Source: Octopus vulgaris
Taxonomy: Eukaryota
Assembly (NCBI GenBank): GCA_951406725.2
Contig: OX597815.1
Span: 140,182,001-140,246,000, forward strand
DNA length: 64,000 nucleotides
Direction of reading: 5' to 3'
In this document: positions 12,954 to 27,260 of the stretch, piece by piece
Layout of the letters: each line of letters opens with the position of its first letter
Position numbering within the stretch: position 1 is the stretch's first letter
Notes under the pieces: generated by a model
Told to the model about the DNA's origin: nothing
The model's database searches: none
Seen by the model: only the letters and a program-made list of their open reading frames with translations
Made by a program: the position numbers and the translations under genes

Positions 12954-13512
12954 TCTCTTATATAAAATCCGTTCTGTCTGTCTGTCTGAGTGTGTGTCTT
13001 CTCGAATCTCGGGCATCCTCCATCCGATTGCGCTCAAATTTGATATGTAGATATGTAGGTATCAGGACGGGTATAAGTCTTGTAAAAAATTACAAAAATC
13101 GATTCCAGGTGAGAATGAGATCGATAAAGCAGTTTATGTCCTGCTTTTCTTCCGTCAACCTATACATAACTGCACCTTCCATTTTTTTGTTGTTTTGTAC
13201 TGCTTAAAGGCACGTTTCATTCCCGCCAAGCTTACTGTTTAAACCATGTTTGTGTTCCCCCAGTCAACAGCCTTATCATTACAGGCACATTAAACTCTTC
13301 GGTTGCATATTTGTGTGAATAAAATCGTTTTTCTTTGGAATAGAAAAAAAGTCTATCTTTATTTCTTCTTTTGCTGGTGTCTCAAATTTAGGTCAAATCA
13401 ATGTTTATCAAAGGAGAGGCCTATGGGACGGTCGGACCAGTTGTTTTGAGAAAATTTGGTTTAAATGTTTGACAACTCAGCACCGTCCATTGGACGGGGG
13501 GCGTTTTGCTCG
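12954..13512 (+). mobile_element. Non-autonomous Helitron
   Basis: 5' A|TCTCTTATATAAAA...tgtctgtctg; 3' hairpin ccgtccattggacgg followed by CTCG|T (variant of CTAG). Confidence 0.65.
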
Positions 13513-13619
13513 TATATATATATATATCGGTTCAGACACACGTATCACTATACTATAACATACATATGAATATAATGCACTTATACACATGCACATATAT
13601 TCCTTTCTACTTTTTTGGG

Positions 13620-13920
13620 GAGAGGGCTAGTCGATTAGATCGACTCCAGTACGCAACTGGTACGTAATTTATCGACCCCGAAAGGATAAAAGGCAAAAAC
13701 GTAATGACAGACGAAGTACCGCTAAGCATTTCGACCGGTGTGCCAACGTTTCTTATTTCTTTATTGCTCACAAGGGGCTAAACGTAGAGGGGACAAACAA
13801 AGGGATTAAGTCGATTACATCGACCCCAGTGCGTAACTGGTACTTACTTAATCAACCTCGAAAGGTTGAAAGATTAAGTCGACCTCGGCAGAATTCGACC
13901 AACGTTTCTGTCAGCTCGCC
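13620..13920 (-). mobile_element. Tandem SINE family A fragments
   Basis: Two partial reverse copies of the gtcgat...ccagt.cg.aactggtac body. Confidence 0.7.
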
Positions 13921-14525
13921 ATCTTACTTGCACGTACATTACTATACATTGGTATACGTATACATGCACATACTAATTTACATTTTTATATATAATTGTA
14001 CACACACACACTCACACATACTATTACAAACTTTTATCTTTAGAAACATTATGACATTGCGCGCGCGCACACACTATTACGTACTTTTATCTCCAGAAAC
14101 ACTATTACACTACATACACACACACACACACACACACACAGAAAACATTACTACAATACATGCATTGGTGTACACACTAATAAATATTTCTATTTTGATA
14201 TAATATTACTCCCATGTGTATTTGTATGTGTGCCTTTTTTTAATGTGTGTGAAAGAGAAAGAGAGAGCGAAAGCGTGAGAGAGAAAGAGAAAGAAAAAGA
14301 GTGAATGTGTGTGTGTGTACGTGTGTGCGTGCGTATGCCTGTGTGAGTGCGTGTGCGTACACCTGTGTGAGGAATGAATAAATATCTTTTATTTCAGTAT
14401 TTGTGTTTCTATGAGTATTTTATTGTCGTCGAGTATTTATGAATATGTTAAATATGTTGTATAAATGCCTATCTACACATGTATTTGATTTGTGTAAAAG
14501 TATTCGTGCGTCTGCTTATGAGCTG

Positions 14526-14595
<70 letters not shown>

Positions 14596-15789
14596 GTGCG
14601 CGTATCTGAATGGATCCGCCATTATTCATACTCTGAATACCTCACAATTTACTGGCGTCTTGATTGTGCCGAAGCGTTTCTTTTATACATTCTCACCTCG
14701 GTGGTAACTGCTAAGAAGTTTAGGCATCAGTCTTTCATATAATCTCTTTTCCAATTTTTTTTTTGTTTTATTCCAGAGAAACAACAAGGCAAAAATTGTT
14801 TTCCACCAAGAAATTACATTAATGTCGCCATTTAATTGGTCCTAATAAAAGGTCGGATGAGATATCTTAGAATTGGCGACATGTGGCGAAAAGTGGAGAA
14901 AATCCCTTCGGGTTTCATACAGACGAAGAAAGGAGCGGGGAAAATAAACGAACGAAATCATTGTGGTTTTCACTGACGTAGTAAGTTTTGTGTAAAGAGA
15001 ATATAATATCTGAATGTTTTGTTAATGTAAGAGGCTGGGAAAATAGTATGAAGCAGTGTATTTCTTGAACGGATGAAGAAAAAAAAACTACTTAAGAAAA
15101 AAAGAAGCTCCATTAACTAAATATATAAAACCCCCAATTAATTGCAGCAAAAGTAACAATTTGGAAGCGATTTAAGCTTTCATGAAAAATATTGTAATGT
15201 CTGAATCGAAGCTGAGTTCTACAACATTTTATTGTATAATCACAATTATTTGAGTGCAATAAATATGGTAAAAGAACTTATGTGCTGAAGAATTTAACCA
15301 CTAGTAATATCGTTGTGGAACAATCTATACAATAATTTATAAATGTAAAATATCTGATATTATTCGTTGATATAAACCTACAACTATCTCAAACCATCCT
15401 GATATCAGCTCATACTAACATATCTTTTATTTTTATTTTTAACATTTTCGTCCTTATAGAATACATATGTTTTTATGTAACTCTTTTCTACTTCTGCCCT
15501 CGACTGGCGCGAAGTGACTGAGACGTCGAAATTTCATTAGCTTTCAGATTTAAACATGGTTCTTTAGCAGATCGTTTTTCAGTCATCATGTAGTACGTTG
15601 CTAACATAGATTTCGATCGGTTTTCTCATCAGGCGTTTTCAGGTGATTTGGCTGAGCTTGACGAAGTCAGAAAGCGAGTTTAAAGATATGGTAGACATTT
15701 CTATAGTAGGAAGAATTTTAACTGAGGTCTGGCTCTAGTAATGCTTTAATGTATTCACTCTTCCCTACCTCAAATGATAGTAACAGTTG

Positions 15790-16056
15790 GGTGGTGGGTT
15801 GGCAGAATTCTTGTGTATAGGACAAAATACTTTGCGGCATTCGTTTCAGCTCTTTACGTTCTGAATTCAAATTTCGATGGGGCCAACTTTGTCTTTCTTA
15901 CTTACGGGGTCGACAAAGTGAAGTACCTGTCAAGAACTGAGGACAATGATATCGATTAAACCCCTCCTCTCAAAAATGCTACCCTTATACCTCAATCAAG
16001 TGCTGAGATCGATGTAATCAACTAACAGCCACCCTCCAAAATTGCTACCCTTGTGC
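15790..16056 (+). mobile_element. Degenerate SINE family A copy
   Basis: ttggcagaattc...ttacgttctgaattcaaatt...ggggtcgac. Confidence 0.55.
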
Positions 16057-16259
16057 TTAAATAAAAATAAAACCATTGCCATTGTTGTTGTTGCTGTTGT
16101 TGTTATATAACTGTTTAATATTTGGAAGACTGAGGCAAATTTCTACTGCGTCTCCTGCTACATCTCCGTGTTGCTGGAGTGTGAGCAGCATTACGTGTTC
16201 TTTTTTGCTGTTGGAAGTGTGCAAACTCTTCCCGGTACTGTATTGTGTTATCTCTTTGG

Positions 16260-16940
16260 TATCTGATATATTTGACAATTTTACAGCAGAAGAAATGAAA
16301 AATAGAGTGATCTTATCCCCTAAAAATTCAGACTGCTTAGCAGTAAATGAAGAAATTTTAAGTAGATTGTCCACTGAAATTAAGACATATCTAAGCACCG
16401 ACTCTGTAATTTCTGATAATGAAGAAGTCCAGAATTATCCCATGGAGTTTATAAACTCTCTTATATCTTCTGGAATACCTCCTCATCGCCTTAACTTAAA
16501 AGTTGGAGCAATTATTATGCTTCTTAGAAACCTCACTATGACACAAGGTCTATGCAACAGAACTCACTGGGAAGTACTTCAGCTCCACAAGCATAGCATC
16601 AAAGCATCAATTATAAGTGGATCTCATTATTACACAAGAGTACTGATTCCAAGAATCAAACTTATTCCATGCGATGCAAACATTCCATTCGTTATGCAAC
16701 GGATCCATTTCCCTATTCGTCTTTCCTATTCTATGACAATCAATAAAGCACAGGGGCAAACATTCAATAGAGTTGGCATACACTTGCCACAACCATGCTT
16801 CATTCATGGCCAGCTTTTTCAAGAGCAAAGACGATGAACAGTGTGAGGGTTAAAGTGATACCTCAAAACGAATCCACTCATGGTCGCAGAAGGGGAATCA
16901 CCTACACTAGAAACATTGTATATATAGGGAAGTGCTGTAA
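16260..16940 (+). pseudogene. Helitron PIF1-like helicase C-terminal fragment
   Basis: ILSPKN, SGIPPHRLNLKVGAIIMLLRNL...GLCN, FPIRLSYSMTINKAQGQT, CFIHGQL; frameshifted near 16820. Confidence 0.85.
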
Positions 16941-17071
16941 CAAATGTATTTAACATATACTTTCACACAATAACTTAATATATACTTAGGAATGCGACTC
17001 AAGTGTTGATGAGACAAAACCTAAAAGCAATAGAATCAACCAAACCGACACAGTCGTTCCCAGCAGAAGCA

Positions 17072-17112
<41 letters not shown>

Positions 17113-17449
17113 AACAACAAAAACAACGAGAAAAAATGAATAACGGCATCGAAAACAGCAACAGACTCAACATCAACACCATATCCTAAGTTACAACAAA
17201 CTGAAAATCCGACACGTCGTAAAAATGGAGGAATGCCTACAAAATAGCAGTTCTAGATACAGTTTGCCAATATCTTTGCTATAACATGCTTCCATATTGC
17301 CATTATATATGGTATATAGTAATATCTATGATATAACTTTCTTTTACTGTTCCGTATGTTATAGAAATATCTATGCTATAACATACTTCCACACTATTAT
17401 CTAATGTTATAACAATATCTAGAATATAAGATGCATCAACTTATGTGGT

Positions 17450-18500
17450 ACATGATCCAGTTTTGTGACTGTACATACTTTGCTTTGCAATAATTATATT
17501 TACTCTTTGTGCCTGACTGTCAGTATACAAAAATAATTCTTGCAGAATTGTATAATAATCATTTCCTATAATATCTTTTGCATCGTGATTGCAATACTCT
17601 TTTTTTCAAATAGTTTTGAATCCCATTGTTGCAAACTTGCTAGTTTTTTTTTTTACTTATTTCTTATATCTTCTCTATAAACTGTCGTGTGTTCTTTAAT
17701 AATAAATTCCTGCCATTTCGCTAAATTCACACACTATGGTTGACAGGTTTGTCTACTTTATCACACATTCAACGTATACTATCTTGCTGCTCTCTGCCGA
17801 TTCTTTTGTTTTAACGAGATTTGTTTCAATCTCCATTTCTTGCTTAGCTATGATAAAGATTTCTATTTCCATCCCCAGTTCTCCAACTTTCAGCCAATTC
17901 CACTTATTCCATTTCTAGATCTCTTAACCAGACAAACTGTCCATGCAGTACTTTGTTAATACAATTTTCCACCCTCTCTTCTACCTTCGCTTCTGACGTT
18001 TTTCTACATCTAAGTTTCCATTATATATCTTTCTAGCTGAGCCTATAAACTTCTCTTCATATTCCAATATATTTCCTGTAATTTCTACGTCTTCTGTGTC
18101 TGTTACATTGATTACACTCTGTCCATCCTAACAACATTGTTTCATAGATGCAGTCCATTGTGGATTGTTAATAGCTTTCTGCTGTAGCTATTTATTTCGT
18201 CCAGTTCATTTTTCGCCTACTAAAGTAAAACTGCAGAATAGATCAATATTAGCATTGTTTAGGTTTTGATTCTTTCAATGAAATTCTTTTCATTTAGTTC
18301 TGTTTCTATGATCTTCCTAACAGTTCTCTTGTAGTTTTCTGCAAATTAACTTTCTTTTCTTTCTGCTTCCTTATCATATTGATGAACATCTAAATATTTA
18401 TATCACTCATTGTCCTTCAGCGATATAATTGTCTTGTTTTCTGCTTGAATTATTTCCTCAAATTATACCATTTTCATCTCTTTATTCCAGCTAAGGTAAT
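17450..18500 (-). mobile_element. Highly degraded R4/Dong-like non-LTR retrotransposon fragment
   Basis: Reverse-strand remnants YKYLD and KLLTIHNGLH resemble RT thumb motifs; many stops. Confidence 0.4.
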
Positions 18501-19186
18501 TTTGTCACTATCATATCTCCAGTGAAACTTCCGGCAAATCGCATCAAAGAATTCTCCTCCACCCTTCCCAGTTCTTGTATTTACAGTAAACTCTGAGATC
18601 ATTGAGAGATAGAAGGTTGATTTCCTCAATAAATTAACCAGAGGTACTTTTGGTTTGAAATTTCGTAAAATATTGAAATAACTGGCTCGAAGTAATAACA
18701 AATAGAAATGTCGCCTCTCAAATCAGCCGCCTTAGATTTCATATTCACTTTATCAAAACTTTTTATTCCATTGTGGATATCAAATTAGATGTCTCTAGCA
18801 GAATTTTCTCTGTTGTAAGTATTCAAATCTGGTCTCTGAAGGGAAGAAAATTTCACCCTTTTTGCCTGCAGTTTCTGAGTCAGCAGAAAAGGTCACCGAT
18901 TTTTGTCATTCTTCTGATTATGTCACCGAAAGACATGTTTTTACACACTAGAGACTTCTGCGTTGGGACACACACACACACACACACATACACACACACA
19001 CACACACATACACACACACACACACGGACGCACACGGACGCTTGCGCGCACACACGCACATAACACGCACAGACACACGCAGACATACACTAATGCGGGA
19101 TCTTCTAGAATATAAAAGTATGTCTTGTGATGGCATAGTAAAAAAGTCCTGTAAATACGCATGCGCGCGCACACACATGTAGATGC

Positions 19187-19252
<66 letters not shown>

Positions 19253-19430
19253 CTCTGTGTGTATATATATATATATATTTAGTATGATGCATATATGCAT
19301 CTATCAATCGATCCATTTTTCCACTAATCCATCCTATCCATCTATACATCGATGCATCGATGCATCCATCTCTCTCTCTTCCTTTTCTCTCCTGGTTATT
19401 AAATATAATATAATAAAATATATAATATAA

Positions 19431-19471
<41 letters not shown>

Positions 19472-19485
19472 GATGCACACACACA

Positions 19486-21990
19486 CACACATATTGAATA
19501 CATGGAGAAAAAGACAGGAAAAGCAAGTAACATACAGACAACCACCAACCCATAATGCCATCAAGTAGCCTAGATGGATGAATACATGGAAAGAAAGATA
19601 AGTAAAATACGGACCGACCCTAGAGGAGCCAGACTAAGGTATCGAACCTCTAGTTATCCAAGAACATATACAGAAATGACATCCAGCTCACCTCTAGTAC
19701 AGACTAGGAACCCATATTTTGCAATATCAAAGCATAAACAAACACACTGCAATAAACAAACACATGGAATATAAAAAATAACCATCAACTATATCAAACA
19801 CCCTAGATGGATAACCACTAATCTATAAAGCCGCCAGGTACCCTAGATGGAGGAATACATGGAAAGAAATGGACAACACAGAAACCATAATATGAATAAT
19901 CATTATGGAAACTCAAGAAAGCCACGGTTTACGACCAACAATCCCATACACCCTGAATGGCCAAATAAGCATAGAAAATGGGAAGAAGACAGAACCTATG
20001 AACAACGAAATACGTACAAAGAACATGAACCATCCCCTCACCTACGAAGGAAACAGAAATCCGCAAACAACGAAAAATGAAAACACAATAATATAAATCC
20101 TTTTTCAAGGAGAAAATACCACAATCGTGCACCAGACTCGACGCAACAGAAAATTTTACTAAGCACACAGAACATATAGACCCGAAGATCATAAATTTGT
20201 CAAATAAAACCCTCAACAAAAATGAGATGAATCTACTATTGAAAGGTTTCAAATTTACCACTAATCTCATTGAACTAAAAGCTGATACTGAGCATTTTAA
20301 CCGCCACCTCCTGATTATAGAATTATTTGGCAATAAGGATATAAATGACGAATCAATTACCAGAAATAAATCCCATTTCACCTCCTGTAAGGGAGATGAC
20401 AAATATTTAGACGCATATATAGACACAATTTCAAAATATCCCCTAAGTACCCGTAAATACAAACAAAACCTTCGTGAAGAAGAAAAGCTTTACTAACACC
20501 GAAGAATGAAAATTCAACCATCCTAAAGGAAGTTGATAAGGGAGGGGCAATAGTAATAATGGACAAAGACTACTATAAAGATAAAATATTGGAAATTCTA
20601 ACAGACCAAACCTACTACCTACTACAAGGAAGAACCAAGACACCAGGAAAAAGCAATAATGAATAAAATCAAAACACAAATTAATGAATACCAAGATTCC
20701 TTCACAGACAAGGAGTAAGATTATTTATGCAACTTTCTAATCAAAGAGAGAAATTTCTATGGATTACCCAAAATCAACAAAAGCCCCGAAATATAGAGAG
20801 CCATAAATGAGCAGAGGGACCAATAATAAAAATACCAAGACCTACTGACCTCATACTGAGACCAATAGTTGCTGGACCTCAAGCACCAATACAGCAACTG
20901 AGTAATTTTTTGGACATACTTCTAAAACATTTATGCCCATTAATACCCAGGTATATACGGGATGGTTTAGATTTCCTTCAGCACATTCCACTCATTATCC
21001 TAGAAGGTACTATACTTACAAGCTTTAACGTCATAAATCTTTATATCAATATACTTCACAATTTAGGCCGGGAAGCAGTCAAACACTGCGAAGTGACTTC
21101 ATCACCAAGCCAACACTCCTGGTACTTGAAGAAAACACCTTTAGATTCGATAATAAAACATATCAATAGATAAAGGGTACCGCTATGGGAACGCAGCTGG
21201 CACCCTCATATGCTAACCTATTCATGGGATACTTGGAAGGGAATCTGTATGAGAAAGAAGATTGCAAAAAATTCATCATTAAAAAGTGGAAACACTTCCT
21301 CGATGACTGCTTCATCTTTTGGGACAAATCAAGTGAGAACCTAGAAATATCTAATAGAATACTCAACACACTTCACCCATCCATCAAATTCACGACAGAA
21401 ACGAGTTGCAATAAATTACCATTCCTGGACATTCACATGAAAATACATATCTCCACAGTCACAACAGACATGTTTTACAAAAACACCGGACACGCACCAA
21501 TAATTGAATTTCTACTCTTGCCATCTCTCACACATCAAAAGGAACATCCCATACAGTATGACAAGACGTATCTGTACTGTAGTGATTGACCCCAAAATAC
21601 GTCAAATCCAACTCAACGAGGTCAAAGACTTTCTAACAAAGCAGAAATGCACCTTAGGATTTATAAACGAGGGAATTATAAAGGCAATGAAGCTGAGCAT
21701 CACACAGCTAAGGACACCATTGGAAAAAATTAATGGACATACGATTCCATTTATTAATATGAACAATTCTAGGGTAGATAACATCTTTTACACCATAAAA
21801 TTAAACCTACCTATACTTCGACAAATCCTCAAAATGAAAGATCTGATTGATAAAAATCCCTTACGAAACAGTAGATGCCAACTATAAAATCTCGAAAGAC
21901 ACCTCCTATTTTGATTTGGCTCAGAAACCTAGCTGAGCACGACGTGCTGAAAGACGTTTACAAGACTTGAAGTCCTTTGGGGCCGAATCA
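19486..21990 (+). mobile_element. Penelope-like element, disrupted RT (GIY-YIG not seen)
   Basis: IINLSNKTL..LLKGFKF, KEVDKGGAIVIMD, FYGLPKI, LRPIVAG, KGTAMGTQLAPSYANLFMG, FLDD, LPFLDI; multiple frameshifts. Confidence 0.9.
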
Positions 21991-22068
21991 GACTCTTTTA
22001 ATATATGTAACTTTTACTAAACGAGTACCTCTTTTCATTCGTCCTTTCATCCTTATATATGTTGTCGT

Positions 22069-22103
<35 letters not shown>

Positions 22104-22562
22104 TGACATTTCATCTTGTTAATTCATTAAATTGTTAGCGTTTTCTTTTACTTTCATCTACTGAAACACCATTCTGTCGATATAGAAGTAGACTGCACTG
22201 TAGCCTGTCACATCATTCAGTATCCTCTGCTGCTTTTCTTTTTCAAGAAATACATGTTCTATTTCAATGATCGACGCTGTCTCATCAGTTTCCAATCCTA
22301 CCATTAGTTTCTCATCAACAATAAATATACAATAGTTTTGAAGTTGGTTTCTTCAGTTGTTTTTCCTCTTTATCTCTTTGATCATCGGCTGCTCTCCTTG
22401 TTCTCATCTATCATACATTAGTAATTTTTTACATTTACACACACATATACACATACATACATACATACATACATACATACATACATACGTACATACATAT
22501 ATACATACATACATACATACATATATATATATATGTATATGTATATATCTATATCTATATCT

Positions 22563-22623
<61 letters not shown>

Positions 22624-23560
22624 TATACACATACACACACACCACACACAGACATATATGTATCAGATATTTTATGAAATGAAATGCTGTTATTTATAAG
22701 TTTCCAACAGGGCCTTCTCTGTTTCACTGATTTACGATCGCCAATGTGACGAAAGAATATCTGTAAAAGTTTTGCTCGGCGCATCAGTTTATTGTCAGTT
22801 TTCTCATCGATACGAATATCATTCGCAGCTATGCGTTCACGTACATACACATTGTATATGTGTGTGTATGTGTGTTGTGTGTTCTGTATTATTGTGTGTT
22901 TGTGTATGCACGTATGAATAATACGTTATATATGCATATATAATATTATAAACACAATATATATAATATCATATACATATATCTGTATGTATATATGAAT
23001 ACATGTGTGTTTGAATCTATGTATGTATGCACTCACATGTAGTAATATACTATACACATACGTACACATATTAACATATTCGTATATTTAAATAGTTACA
23101 GTTTAGTTTGTAAGACTGTAGCTACGAAATACTTGTTATTCTGTTCGTACTGAATAAAAGAGATTGCCTTGGCTTGTCTCAGATTTCGCTGACCGTTCAT
23201 CAGAGTATAAGTCCGCCCTCATTTCTCTACTCATTTTGAATTCATCTTCTAGATTTTCAGTGCTGAAGTCTTAAAATCTGTTGCTTAACTACTTAAGATT
23301 TATCTTAGGGTTTCCAATAAACGCTTTAGTTTAGGCACTCCCACAGGCGTGCGCACACATGAGGGTTTCCATATAGTTTGCATCGATCCAAACTCCCTTA
23401 CAAGGCAAGCCTATCAGACACTTTCCTAATGTGTTTCCCATTTGAACCACACAGATAATCTATTTCTGCTTTTTGGCAAAAATTGCAAAACAGGAAATGT
23501 TTATTCATCAAGCCAACACACCACCAACTTGAATAGGTGTGAATTTATTCATGCATACCA

Positions 23561-23644
<84 letters not shown>

Positions 23645-23678
23645 ACGCTCACACACACACACACACACACGTACGCTC

Positions 23679-23710
<32 letters not shown>

Positions 23711-23863
23711 AGACACACACACACGTACGCTCACACACACACACACACACACCCAGACACACACGCACCCACACACATTCAACAGAAAAGATATAGATAG
23801 GACGTGGGAATGGTAATTTTTTTGCATGGCGCTTATCAAACTGACCTCTATCTATCTATCAAT

Positions 23864-24333
23864 CTGTCAACGCCACCACTACAAATAAATAGATAGTGGG
23901 GTTTGAGGTGATTTAAATAGCGAATGCAGTGATTTAAATAGCGAATGCGAGCGTCGACAATTTCTCTCCGACATACAAATTTGTACAGGCACACACACAC
24001 GATATATACACTATGTCTATTAGATTTTACTTATTTCAGTTATGAGACTCCGGCCATGCTGGGGCACCGGTTTGAAGAATTTTTTCTCGAATGTATCGAC
24101 CCCAGTACTTGTTACTGGGATCTGTTACTTATTCTATCGGATTCTTATATGAACCGCTGTGTTGCGTGGACGTAAACACACCAGTACGGGTTGTCGAGCA
24201 AGCGGAGGTGATGGGGACACAGACGCAACGACACACACACACGCGCGCACACACACACGCGCGCACACACACACATGCACACACACACACGCACTCACAT
24301 AGACATATAAACTGAAAGAAGCCCGTCGTATAA

Positions 24334-24409
<76 letters not shown>

Positions 24410-24844
24410 TCTTTTATTTGTTTCAGTCATTCGACTGCGGCCATTTTGGAGCACCGCCTTTAGTCGACTGAAATGACAGCAGAACGACGGCAGGATAAGA
24501 GAGAGTCATGCAACAGAGAACGAGGCAAGAAGAGACTGCGGAAGATAGGAATGCGCGTCTCCAGGATGTGAAACAAAGAACAAATAGTTGAAGACTTGCA
24601 GAAACGCCTGAGATGAGGGCTGCACGGCTCTTAACAGGGTGACGAAAGAAAGAAGGACAGAGGGACCAATGGAAGGAAACGGATCCGCTCTTTCTGCTGC
24701 TAAGTTAGGTTAAATATATATACATGCATAAGTACCATGAATTCCTATTCTACAAACCGGCAAACAATTCCGTGAATACTTTACCGGGCAACGCTGGGTA
24801 GGAAGTCGAGTATATACATAAAGATAGACAGATAGATAGATAGA

Positions 24845-24896
<52 letters not shown>

Positions 24897-25021
24897 CCGA
24901 AATTGTGAAGATGATCTGGTTCTTGACTGATGACTGAGGGCTTCGAATGTCCCGTCCTGTGGTTCTTGTGTCGTCTCCTTGGTGTTTCATGTTCTTGTCC
25001 ATGTTTGTATTTATTTTTTAC

Positions 25022-25077
<56 letters not shown>

Positions 25078-25116
25078 CGACGGGCCTCTTTCAGTTTATA
25101 TGTGTGTGTGAGTGTT

Positions 25117-25153
<37 letters not shown>

Positions 25154-25526
25154 GTGCATGTGTGTGTGTGTCTTTGCATCTGTGTCTCCATTACCACCGC
25201 TTGCTTGACAACCTGTACTGATGTGTTTACGTTCACACAACACAGCGGTTCGGTTTAAGAATCCGATAGAATAAGTAACAGATCCCAGGAACAAGTACTG
25301 GAGTCGATACATTCGAGAAAAATTCTTCAAACCAGTGCCCCAGCATGACCGGAGTCTAACAACTGAAATGAGTAAAATCTAAAAGACAGTGCATATATCG
25401 TGTGTGTGCCTATACAAATTTGTATGTTGGAGAGAAATTGTCGACGCTCGCTACTGATCACTGCATTCGCTATTTAAATCACCTCAAACCCCACTATCTA
25501 TTTATTTGTAGTGGTGGCGTTGACAG
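23864..25526. repeat. Long inverted duplication, ~460-bp arms (23864-24335 / 25070-25526)
   Basis: ctgtcaacgccaccactacaaataaatag...gcccgtcgtataaata matches the reverse complement of the right arm; arms include a SINE B fragment plus unique flank. Confidence 0.9.
24475..24810 (+). mobile_element. Internally deleted Helitron fragment (STPR repeats plus 3' terminus)
   Basis: ETAEDRNARL...ETPEMRAARL with 23-aa spacing; 3' hairpin accgggcaacgctgggt then CGAG|T. Confidence 0.6.
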
Positions 25527-26006
25527 TTCACTTGACAACTGTCAACAATAACTTGATGTTAGAATCAGAAATATAAAATAAGATAAAATAAAATAATGGA
25601 TAACACATGAATGTTTTAGTTGACAGCGTTGAAGAAATGTCAGAGGAAAGACGTTATAACGAATTCTCGTAAAGCTACACAGAACCGCAGATAATTTTTC
25701 TGTTGAAGTTGTGCAATAAATGATTAATAACAAAGTGTGACAGAAATGTATCATTTTTATAGCCACCTCTTTTTCTCTCTTTCAGTCTCTCTTTCTCTTC
25801 CTCCCATCTATCGTTATTTCTTTTTACTTTTATAACAAATATCGGTTATAGAAAATATACATGCATATATAGTAGTTCTACAGTAGTTTCAACAAAGGCG
25901 GTGCAGAAGGTAAACTAAGCTGTCGATGTTGTGTTTTTATTGTGCTATAATAAAAAGAGAGAAGACAGATTCCACATACGTATATGCAGATTTCTATCGA
26001 TATATA

Positions 26007-26570
26007 GTAGTGTTTAACGCCACCTAAACACGGGTGTTCACTAAGAACCAACGACACTGCAATTTTAACTCCAGGAGGACACCTCCTACAGCTTATTATG
26101 AAGTGCACTCGATATATATTGCAAGCGGAGGGAGAACTCCTTGCTATTTTAGCCCCGGGTCCAGCAGACTGTACAGTTTCGATCTTCTAATGGTCATACT
26201 CGGTGATGGATACTCGTCCGCTTGACATAGTAGTTCACTCCCGCTCGCAATATATAGAAAAATAAGTGACCCCAAAATACGTCAAATCCAACTCAACGAG
26301 CTCAAAGACTTCCTAACAAAGCAGAAATGCACCTTAGGATTTATAAACGAGGGGAACAGATCTTGCAAGAAGCAAACTGGCTAGTCAAGAAAGCAACATT
26401 AATACTCACAACTAGTGTTTAATGCTACTTAAACACGGGTGTTCGCTAGGAACTGATGATACTGCTATTTTAACCTAATGAGGGCACCCCCATCAGCTGG
26501 TTATGCAGTGCACTCTGCATTCGACATATATTGCAAGAGCGGAGAGAACTCTGTGTTATTTTAACCCCGA
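26007..26570 (+). repeat. Diverged ~150-bp direct repeat (26007-26160, 26413-26570) enclosing an 87-bp PLE fragment (26267-26353)
   Basis: tagtgtttaa.gc.ac.taaacacgggtgttc appears twice; the insert matches 21587-21673 with 2 mismatches. Confidence 0.75.
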
Positions 26571-27047
26571 GACTATTGATATATTATGCGTATATAAATA
26601 AACTCAAGCTCATGTTGATGTCTTGCAGACAATTTGCACATGCAAGTGCTACCAGTCGAGAACTCCGCATACCGGAAGCCAGCAAGTTCATGGGGTCATC
26701 AGGAGAGAATGCGCGCCGTTTCGGGACCTACCACTCGATGGCCTCATTGCGCATCTGCCCCCCCCCTCACTGATATGAGGTCACGCTTGCTAGATCAACT
26801 GGTTATTAAATACAGCTCAATATTCTTCTAACCATCGTTCATCGTCTCTTTTTAACCAAACCCAGTGGCTAGCCTTCTCCACTGTAGTTTGGATATCGGT
26901 CATGGTGGTATTTACCTTACAATGAGTTTGGTCTAACGATAACAACAGTCGTCTCACACTGTGTCCAACAGACCCTCTACATTCAACTTCGATTGAAAAA
27001 TGCTCCGCTTTCCAGCCTGCGTCTTCACATTCCTCGAGGAGGTTAAT

Positions 27048-27260
27048 TTAACAGACAATCTTTCGAGCCCGAGCGACGTCCATGTTATCTTCATGAGGAA
27101 TCGTTAACTCGACTAGATTTACAACTTTCATTCTTTCACACATCAAAATGTCCGGGTTTTTTTTCGTAACTGGGATAGGAAAGATACCCTGGCACCCTAG
27201 TAAATCTGCAGTCACTTCACAATAGCCGTTCCACTTTTCATCTCTCACAGGAAGTTTCTT
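27048..27260 (-). mobile_element. Non-LTR retrotransposon restriction-like endonuclease fragment
   Basis: PDILM...VNLVELTIPHEDN (PD-(D/E)xK type). Confidence 0.6.

Noticed and set aside
15605-15635. CTGATGA...GAAA on the minus strand
   Set aside because: Only a 2-bp stem II and no stem I; likely chance
21930-21955. Hairpin agcacgacgtgct plus GAAA at the PLE 3' end
   Set aside because: The CUGANGA core is incomplete, so a ribozyme cannot be supported
23175-23205. Hammerhead-like CTGATGA...GAAA on the minus strand
   Set aside because: No stable stem II and G at the cleavage position
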